The notes under the pieces were generated by a model, which was not told the origin of the DNA, did not search any database, and worked only from the letters and a program-made list of their open reading frames with translations. From the NCBI GenBank assembly GCA_032250835.1, contig JAVVEA010000001.1, positions 224,001 to 288,000 of the forward strand: a DNA stretch of 64,000 bases, read 5' to 3'. This document shows, piece after piece, positions 22,421-30,500 of this stretch. The position numbers and the translations under genes were made by a program. This DNA comes from a bacterium (GTDB lineage: Bacteria; SAR324; XYD2-FULL-50-16). The stretch's first letter is position 1. Each line of letters opens with the position of its first letter.

Positions 22421-23827
22421 TCAATAAATCAGGATTTCTTCCAGTTGGATCTCCCCATTTCGAATCCCCCGCAACAACCTTTCCAAGTCTGCTTTATCTT
22501 CAGTGCGCACCGACTGAACCTGATAATCTTGCAGCAGTTGTTCTAATTGCCCCACAAAAGGCTTCAGTTGCGCCACCGCTTCGGCGATGCCTTTTTCATC
22601 TACAATCCGGTACACCGCCGCTTCTTGGGGAGTTAAGTTCTCAGCCAAGCCGCCGCCTGGAAGCAGCTGTACAGACCGGTCCCGATTCAATTTATAGACA
22701 AGACCATCGTCAAAATGCAATTCCGCCCAACCTTCTGTGGCCCGCAGGCGATCACCGGGCGACAGGGCGTCACCGACCTTAAGGCCAATCCAGGTACCTG
22801 GGGCAACCTGCTTCAATAGCTTTCCGTCCAAAGCGGTGACTTGACCGATCGGCGCTGAACCCGAGACGACCTCAAATTTTCGCTCGGCCTCACCGCGGCG
22901 CCCTTTAACCTTGAGCACATGAGAACCGGCCTTAAGGCCCAAGCGCAAGCTGCCTGGTCCGGGGCGGAAGGGTTCCCCGTCCAGCGAATGCTGTAAATCA
23001 GCCCCACGCGCAAACAGATAGACCGGTTTGTTTTCCTGCAACACCGCTGCTTCGGGAGGACTGACGATTTCGATGGGTCCCTTTGGGTCAGGTACCAAGA
23101 GCCCTACCTGTTCTGATTGAACCAAGTTTCCTTGTGCATCTAGCCCCATAGCACGAACCCGGTTGTAACCAACCGAAAAACGGTCCGTCTTTAAGGATTC
23201 ACCAAAGCCGATCAGCCGCTGAACCCCTTCGACCTCAGCGGTCCAAATCACCAGCGGGCGCTGGCCCATTCCGTCGGCCCCAGAGGCACGCAGGGTGATG
23301 GATTGTCCGGGTTTTAAGACCTGATCTCCTTTAGGCTCTAAGAGCTGCATCCCCGGTTCCCCAGCGGCAATCCAGCGGTAAGAACGGCTTATTTGCAAAG
23401 GCTCGGGGCGGTCTTTGTGGCGGATTGAAGCGGTGACCACCAGATCAAAGGGACCGGCGCTCGGAGGCTCGTAACGGAATCTTGGGCCCCTTTGGGGTTC
23501 ATTTCCCGCAACGCTCCACTGCCAATCCACTCCGGCTATCTCGGGCCCGATGATTTCGGCCCGGCTCTTTAAAACGCCACCAAAAGGCACCAGAAGGGGC
23601 GCTTGGCGGGGCGTCGCTAAGCCGGCTTCTAGCAGCTTCAATTCTTTACCACCTACTTCCGCTTGGGCCCAGAGGCGCAGCTCATAGGCAGCCGCATCGG
23701 GTGCCGCGGGTTTGGGGGAGGTGCTGTTCAGGCCGCAGCTTGCAAGGATACTCAATAAAGCCCAAGCTACCCATGCTTTGCTTTGCTTTTTTGGAAATCC
23801 TGTGAATACCATGTTTTTCCAATCCAT
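22421..23827 (-). CDS. Lipoprotein with ~3 Ig/PKD-like domains and a C-terminal FecR-like beta domain
   Basis: Lipobox LASC, WQWSVAG...FRYEPPSAG (PKD-like), LEPKGDQV and IVSPPEAAV Ig starts, GQVTALDG...LKVGDALSPGDRL...AELHFDDG FecR-like pattern. Confidence 0.65.
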   Translation of the reverse strand: MDWKNMVFTGFPKKQSKAWVAWALLSILASCGLNSTSPKPAAPDAAAYELRLWAQAEVGGKELKLLEAGLATPRQAPLLVPFGGVLKSRAEIIGPEIAGVDWQWSVAGNEPQRGPRFRYEPPSAGPFDLVVTASIRHKDRPEPLQISRSYRWIAAGEPGMQLLEPKGDQVLKPGQSITLRASGADGMGQRPLVIWTAEVEGVQRLIGFGESLKTDRFSVGYNRVRAMGLDAQGNLVQSEQVGLLVPDPKGPIEIVSPPEAAVLQENKPVYLFARGADLQHSLDGEPFRPGPGSLRLGLKAGSHVLKVKGRRGEAERKFEVVSGSAPIGQVTALDGKLLKQVAPGTWIGLKVGDALSPGDRLRATEGWAELHFDDGLVYKLNRDRSVQLLPGGGLAENLTPQEAAVYRIVDEKGIAEAVAQLKPFVGQLEQLLQDYQVQSVRTEDKADLERLLRGIRNGEIQLEEILIY

Positions 23828-23842
23828 TATCTAGGCTGTTTA

Positions 23843-24730
23843 ATGTGGTACAAACCGCTGCTACTTCTTTTGATCCTGCTCCCTTGCAACCTGCAAGCTC
23901 AAATATTAGGTAGCTTGCTGCAAACCCAAGGTAACCTTACCCTTAACGGACAGGGCACCGCTCCGGGCACCTTGCTGCAACCTCCCTGGACTTTGGATGC
24001 ACCGCAAGGAGCCGCCGCTGGCATTCTTTTGGCCCAAGGGGGGTTAATGGTATTCCAAGGGCCGGGAACACTGGTATCCGGTCCAGGGGGCTCCATCGGC
24101 CTACGCAGTGGCCAATTATGGGTCCAAAGCTCACAGGGGCTAATGGTTTCGCTCCCCTTTGCCCAACTCCCACCCGCCTCGGGAAGTTTTTTACTCTACC
24201 AAAACCCCAAAGAGCTTAAAATACAAGCCCTACAGGGCGCAAGGCCGCTAAGTTTCAAGGGGAAAGACTGGCGTCTCGAAGAGGGCAACCAACTAACCTT
24301 ACAAGAAGACACCCAACGCCTTGAGCTACAGATCACCCGTATTCCAGGCCAACTCAACCTTAAGTTGCCCCCGGGAGCCAGCCTTCTGCTCCCGGCTTCG
24401 GGAGCCCTGCCCCAAAACCTACAAGTCCATTTGACCGGACCGGGGCCCTACCCCAAGGGTGCTTTCTCGGGCTTCGCTTTAAGCGACTCCCCCAAATTAC
24501 TAGCGCCTTCTGGACCCTTATATTTCGACAACGGCCAAGGGGAATTTATGGTCCAACTAACCAGCCCTGGACGATCCCACCTGACCCTATTGTTTGCACC
24601 GCAAGATGATTTTCCAGGTGCCGTCGGAACCATCGAGCTAGAGGGATATTACCCCCCCGGTCAACGCCGCATCGAACTACGCACCAGTAGCGGAAGTAAC
24701 ATCGAGCTAGAATTGCGCAAAAAGCCCTAA
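23843..24730 (+). CDS. Exported protein with degenerate FecR-like N-terminal domain
   Basis: Signal peptide MWYKPLLLLLILLPCNLQA, LGSLLQTQGNLTLNG...LRSGQLWV...IQALQG...LEEGNQL. Track start is 23783. Confidence 0.6.
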   Translation: MWYKPLLLLLILLPCNLQAQILGSLLQTQGNLTLNGQGTAPGTLLQPPWTLDAPQGAAAGILLAQGGLMVFQGPGTLVSGPGGSIGLRSGQLWVQSSQGLMVSLPFAQLPPASGSFLLYQNPKELKIQALQGARPLSFKGKDWRLEEGNQLTLQEDTQRLELQITRIPGQLNLKLPPGASLLLPASGALPQNLQVHLTGPGPYPKGAFSGFALSDSPKLLAPSGPLYFDNGQGEFMVQLTSPGRSHLTLLFAPQDDFPGAVGTIELEGYYPPGQRRIELRTSSGSNIELELRKKP

Positions 24731-26337
24731 TCCAACGCCCCTGCGGCCAAAGCGGTCCAAGCCTCGGTCCGCTGAGGCGAGAGTGGATATTGCTGGATCA
24801 AACGCCGCAACAAGTCCTGCGCTCTCTCTTGCTCTCCTAACTCCCTTAGAACCTGAGCCGACCAGAGCAGCCAACGGGCCGCTAAGGGCTCGGGTATTTG
24901 GTGGCTATTTGATTCGATGGCTTTAACCCCCGGTTGCGCCAAGGTCCAGGCTTCTTTCCAATCCTGCCGTTTGATCAGAGCCCCTAAGGCTTGCTCTCGC
25001 TCTAACCAAGCGTCTTTTGCCTGCCCAGCCAAGGCCTTTAAATAGGTTCGGTCCCTTGAGTTTAAATCCAAGTCAAATTGCCAAACCCTACCGCCCGATT
25101 GCAAGGCCAAGGACCGGTCCGCTTGAACCAGTTCCCTATTGAGCGGAAATAGTAGGTAGTTGACTCCATCAGGCTGTACTTGCCCCAGGGCTTGACGCAC
25201 CAAAGGACGAACCCGACCAGGCGGCTGGGTAAAGGGGCCTAGGTCAACAAACACTAATTCTAGCTGCTCGGGACGGTAACGGTAGTTAGGCTCCTGGGGG
25301 CTCACCAACTCCGCATCTAGGTAAATTACCTGCCCAATGCGGCTAAAGACCAAACGTTCCTTACCGGGCTGGGCTCTGCCCTGGGCTTCTAGAGCAACGC
25401 TGGGCAACGTTTCAGCCGCAGCCACCGGGGGCGGCCGGTGGGCCACCTCTAAAGCCAGCCGCCGCCCCTCAAGACCCAATTGACGAGTCCAGAGCTCTAG
25501 GCTACTGCGCAGGGCCGGATCGGAGACTTTCCATTGCTGGGGCGCGTCGCTGCGGCCTGAAGCCATCCAATCTTGTTGGGGTAGTCGCTGAGAAGAAGCC
25601 GCCAGTTTACTGCGGAGGGGATGATCCGCCGGGAGTCTGGCGGCCAGCAACACCAAATCACCGGGGCTTTGGCCCAAGCCGCCCCGCAACTCGAAGGATT
25701 TGACCTCTGACCAATCATTGGCCGATTTAGGTTGGGCCAAGTGCATGGGAGGCAAAGAAACCCCCTCTCCGCTGGCCCAGGATCGACGCAAAGGCCTAAG
25801 CAGGTCTTCGGAGGCGCTTAAAAGAGGTTGTGGATTTCTAGGTGACCAAATTCCATCCAGACCGGGCCGCCCCAACAAACTGCGCCCAAGTCGCTTGAGC
25901 AGTTCGGGTAGGTCTTTGCGGTTTACTTCTATAGAGATCGCCCGCTCGCCCCGGAAGTCCTGTAGATGAGTCTGCCGTAAAGATAGCCAGTGGGCATCGC
26001 GAGCTAGGCCAGCAAGTAGGCCTTTAAGACCGCCTAATTTTTCTAAGTTGCGTCGCAGGGTCAAGCCCGGCCCCTGGGTCATAGCCAGACCGCGCAGTCC
26101 AGGGCGGAATTCTAGTTGCCACCAGTCTAAAGGCGCACCACCAACGCGCAAGTCTGCCAAATCGGTTGGGACTAATGCCAGCCCGTTGCCCCGCTCGTCT
26201 AGAGCCCTCAAAGGCAACGCCAGTAGGTTATCACCGACCAACCGAACCGGTTGGGATACCAGCAGGGGTTTTTCTGCGCCTTGCAGGCCCCACCCACCGC
26301 AGAGCAACAGCCCGATCAGGCAAGATAGGGCGCGCAT
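24727..26337 (-). CDS. Exported hypothetical protein with C-terminal TPR (CpoB/YbgF-like tail)
   Basis: Signal peptide and tail WSAQVLRELGEQERAQDLLRRLIQQYPLSP. Begins 5 bp downstream of the 26343 gene. Confidence 0.65.
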   Translation of the reverse strand: MRALSCLIGLLLCGGWGLQGAEKPLLVSQPVRLVGDNLLALPLRALDERGNGLALVPTDLADLRVGGAPLDWWQLEFRPGLRGLAMTQGPGLTLRRNLEKLGGLKGLLAGLARDAHWLSLRQTHLQDFRGERAISIEVNRKDLPELLKRLGRSLLGRPGLDGIWSPRNPQPLLSASEDLLRPLRRSWASGEGVSLPPMHLAQPKSANDWSEVKSFELRGGLGQSPGDLVLLAARLPADHPLRSKLAASSQRLPQQDWMASGRSDAPQQWKVSDPALRSSLELWTRQLGLEGRRLALEVAHRPPPVAAAETLPSVALEAQGRAQPGKERLVFSRIGQVIYLDAELVSPQEPNYRYRPEQLELVFVDLGPFTQPPGRVRPLVRQALGQVQPDGVNYLLFPLNRELVQADRSLALQSGGRVWQFDLDLNSRDRTYLKALAGQAKDAWLEREQALGALIKRQDWKEAWTLAQPGVKAIESNSHQIPEPLAARWLLWSAQVLRELGEQERAQDLLRRLIQQYPLSPQRTEAWTALAAGALD

Positions 26338-26342
26338 GGTTG

Positions 26343-27455
26343 TCAGTATAAATAGCGGAAGCTAATACCGGTCGCGCTCCCACTGAACTGGTTGACCCGC
26401 TGGGTACCGGTAGCATCGCTCAGGTAGCTGTCAACATCTGCCGACCCCAGGCTATAGATATCCAAACCAATACTTAAACCTTGGTTGATAAAAAATTCAG
26501 CCCCCAATTTGATACCCAATTGGCTGTTGCCCTCAACCATCGCCGGACCGAAACCTCCGTAGACGTACACCAACGGCTCGCCACCGATCAGGAAGGGGGC
26601 CCGATAGCGCACCAGCGGGGTGACCGCCACCACCGAAATATTCAAGGTTTCGGTGGCGCTGGTGGTGGTCGCCGAGAAGCTATCGAAGTCGATCCCCACG
26701 TCCATAGAATCCCAGAAAGTGGGGGTCAAGAGACGCAACGAAAGCCCAGAAAAGCTGGATACTTCTTCTTGTGAATGGGTTCCGTTGCTCTCGACCCAAC
26801 CGCTGTACTTAAACCCCAAAAAGGGCGAAAGGCCAAATCCAATATGGGATTCGCGGTCACTGGGCCGAGCCAAACCCTGATCCGAAGCCTCCGATTGGGC
26901 GACTAAACTAGCCGTTTTGACCACCGAGCCATCACCGGTCCGGACCAATTTTAAATTCAACGCCAACACACCGTTTTTTTCATCTAACTCTAAAAAGCCC
27001 TGCAAGGTCGAGTCTATGTTCAACTCCTTGCCCAGCGCTTTATATTGCTCGTTGGTCTCTACGGTACGGCTTAAGATCAGTGAGTCTTGCTCAACATAAA
27101 TCTTTAGGTTGGCACATTGGCGGCATTCAACCATTTCCAATCGACCATTAGCCACCAGGGCATGTAACAAGCGGTGGCGAAGGCGCAGCGGCCGAAGGTC
27201 GTAGTTAGGGTCGCCTTCAAGTTGCAACAGGGTTACCCGCTTGATGTTCTGGGGCAATTCTTTGAGTACCCCAGGAAGCTGGGTTAGGACTTGGTCAAAA
27301 AGCTTTTCAGTGTCCCACCGGCTGGCTGGGAGGCCAGCCCCTTCTTGCAACACCGGTAGTGCCAAGGCCTGTTCTTCGGCAGCTCTCAAAGAGCCGGGAA
27401 GCAACAAAAAGCTGGCCAACCACGCGGCACAACCTATTTGAAAAAAACGATTCAT
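26343..27455 (-). CDS. CsgG/TolB_N/LpoB-like alpha/beta domain fused to an outer-membrane beta-barrel
   Basis: Signal peptide, RVTLL...LVANGRLEMVE...LGKELNIDSTLQG...LNLKLVRTGDGSVV, then amphipathic strands ending GISFRYLY. Confidence 0.65.
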   Translation of the reverse strand: MNRFFQIGCAAWLASFLLLPGSLRAAEEQALALPVLQEGAGLPASRWDTEKLFDQVLTQLPGVLKELPQNIKRVTLLQLEGDPNYDLRPLRLRHRLLHALVANGRLEMVECRQCANLKIYVEQDSLILSRTVETNEQYKALGKELNIDSTLQGFLELDEKNGVLALNLKLVRTGDGSVVKTASLVAQSEASDQGLARPSDRESHIGFGLSPFLGFKYSGWVESNGTHSQEEVSSFSGLSLRLLTPTFWDSMDVGIDFDSFSATTTSATETLNISVVAVTPLVRYRAPFLIGGEPLVYVYGGFGPAMVEGNSQLGIKLGAEFFINQGLSIGLDIYSLGSADVDSYLSDATGTQRVNQFSGSATGISFRYLY

Positions 27456-27519
27456 CCTGTACCCATGAAAATATTTAAACCCACCGCACTAGGCTTAGGG
27501 TCCTAACTAACTAGCATTA

Positions 27520-30500
27520 TTAAGGGCGGTTCCTCAAGCGCAATCGCCTTGGCCCACTGGCCAATTCGGTGTGACTCAAGCCCTGGCCTTCGACCCGCCA
27601 ATAAAGAGGTCGGTTTCCGTTTTGCGACAAAGACCAGATCAGGTTCCACTGCAATGCCGAGGGCAACTGCTCGGACTGCTCGGTCCAATCAAGCCGCAAG
27701 ACCGTACCGCGCCCCTTAAAATCAGGGTCTGGCGAAAAAGCCAAACGGTATTTGCCCGATCCTACCGCGCTCCAACGGAACGACGGAGCCTGCCCGGGCA
27801 AAAACACCTGCATCTCGCTGGGGCTTTCGGCCCTTAAAGGGCGCACCGAAAGGTCTTCTTTACTGCGCGCCGCTAGTTGGTCCCCTTGGATCAGCAAACG
27901 GTAATTATCCTGGGCTAAGTCCTTAGGTAAGGACCAACGCCCTTCGATCAATTTAGCATCAGCACTCGGAGGCAGGGGAGCCAGCTTGAGTTCGCCTAAA
28001 CTATAGGTCTTAGCGCCCACCAACGAAAGTTTAAGTGACTGGGATTGGCTGGTGGAATAACCGCTGTTTTCTATGGCCAACTTCAAGCGTAGTTCGCCGC
28101 CAGGCAGTAAGTCTTGCCCCAAAAGGTCCACAAATTTCACCTGGAGTTTTGCGGGGCCGGACTTGAGCTGTTCGCTAGCCAGCCATTCCAAGCCATCGAC
28201 CTGCAACGCCACCCGGTAGCTACCTGCGGGGATGTCCGGGCAGGTCGCCTGTAGCGCATAGACCTGTTCACCTGATGGGCCCTTTTGGGCCTTGGGCAAA
28301 GCTAGGTTCCCCAGCAAAATTTTGCCCTGCGGCGACTGTAACCAAAGTTTCGCGGCACCTTTCGGTTCACCTTGCAACCGTAAAAGCAGGTTGAGCGGTT
28401 GCCCAGCAACCAAGCGGCGCTCGCGCAGTTCAACCCCCAAAAGCTGTAAATCTAAACCGGCACCACCGAGCGGATTCGCGCTAAAGGCTTGGTTATCGAG
28501 CGCCAAAAAACCTTCGGGTCCGTCGCTTTGGATTTGGGCTCGCAGCCTACCTGCCGGCAAGTCCTTTAGCTGCTCCCACCGGAAACTGCGCTGGATTTGG
28601 CGCTGGCCCACACTGGGCGCTAAATCGGGCAATTGGACGGTGGCCAACAAGAACTGCTCCCCGCCCTCGTTGGGATGATGCCAAAGCAACAATCGACTGT
28701 TAGATGAATCGCCACCGCCTAAGTTCTTCCATGCCAATTGGATTTCAATCTGAGCGCCTTTTCGGTGGTGGGCGAAGCCTTGAATCGCCAAATTGGCGGG
28801 GCCATGGAGCCACAGAGCCGGAGCCTGGGCCCGCGTCGTCCCAGCCAACCCTTCGCTCCAGGCCCGTAGGCGGAACACACCCGGCGGCAGGAAGTCTGGT
28901 AGCTTAACCTGCCGGTTGACCTGCTGGCGTCCTTTAGGCAGTCGGTTCACTCGAAGCGGCTGGTGTAGGTCTAAGACATAGCCCGACTGTTCCACCAGTT
29001 GGAAATGGACCTCAAGCGATTTTTCGATGGCCTGTTCTGAAGCCAAACTAAGATCAAAAGACAGGATCTGTCCTGGGGTTACCTTGGCTCGCTCCGCCAA
29101 GCCCCGAATGGCTATTTGTAGTTTATCGGTCTGGGGTAACGCAGGCTTAAGGGTTTTGAGGGCTTGCTGCGCCTCTTCGGGCTGTTTCTGGGTCGAAGCC
29201 CAGGCCTTCCAACCGGCGTTTAAGGAGCGCCAAGTAGCCGGCCTTGGGTCGGATTGGTGTAGCGGCGTCAAAGCCAACAACAACCCCTTGTCCGGCTGGA
29301 GCGCTAGGGCTTTTACTAAGGTCTGGCGCGCGGCGTTTGGTCGGCCTATTTTGACTTGCAACGCCGCCAGCTGGCTTGCGGTAGCCGGTTCTCCCGGCAC
29401 CAGCGCAAGCAACCGCTGTAGGAGGTCTAGGGCCGTTTGGCTTTCTCCGGTAGCCGCTAATTTGGCCGCCAAGTTACGGAAGTCTTCAAAAGCGAAGCGC
29501 GCATCACCCAAGACCCCTTTGGCCTGCTCTGGGGTTTTAAGCGAAGCGGCCAACCCCCGTTGAGCTTCCCAGGGGAGTTGATCGAAGTAAGCAGAGACAC
29601 CTAAGAGTAGCTGGACCCTCTGTTTCGCCTCGGCATTGAGGTGCGCCAAACCCAAAGACGCGCTCAGGTCGCTCGGCTGGGTTTGTAACCGCTGGGTCAA
29701 CTCCTGGCGTGCTTGGGCAAGGACCCCACGCCGGTAGAGCGGTAAAATATGCACGGGCTCTGGTGCCAGGAGCTGGTTGTTGGCGGACTGGCGGTCTTCG
29801 GCTAGAGCGGCACCTTCCAAACGCGCAACTAAACGGTAAGCTCCTTGGGGCAGGTCGGTGCCTGGGCGCAATTCACGGTCCCAGCTTTGAGGTCCCGCGG
29901 CGGGATCTAGCCCTTTAAAGGGGTCCAAGCCCTCTAAGGGATGCTCGACGCCTTGATCGTCAATCAATCGATAACCAACGGCAAAGTCCTGGCTGCGTTG
30001 GTTGCCTTGATTTACCAGCCCTAATTGGATTTTAAAAGGTTGTCCTGGTTTAACCCATACGTCTTTTGGGGGTTGTGTCCAAGCCAATCCTAGGTCGATG
30101 AAAGGCGCAGTGTAGCGATAGGTCACCAAGGATTGGGTCGGTTCGGAATCGGCTAAGGGCTTGCCCTGCGCATCTAAGAGCCGCGCGGCAAGGTGATAGC
30201 TACCTTCAACTAAGCGCTCTGGTAGCGTAACCGAAGGCTCCCAGCTTTGGCTGGCTTGCGGTTCGCCTAGCGGTTCGAATAGCGGGCTCGTGACTAAGTT
30301 AACCTCTTGACCCTTTTGGTGGCGTAAATACAGCTCAACCCGGTAGGCCTGACTGGCCAGGAAGCCTTGATTCTGGATTTGTAGTTTGACACCAAAAGCC
30401 GCGCCCCGCTGTAGGTCCTGTTTTTGCGGCTGGTCTGTCAAGGCCACCTTCAAGTCCGCCCGAGGTTCGACAATGCCCAGTGCATACCCCCCGTCGGCGC

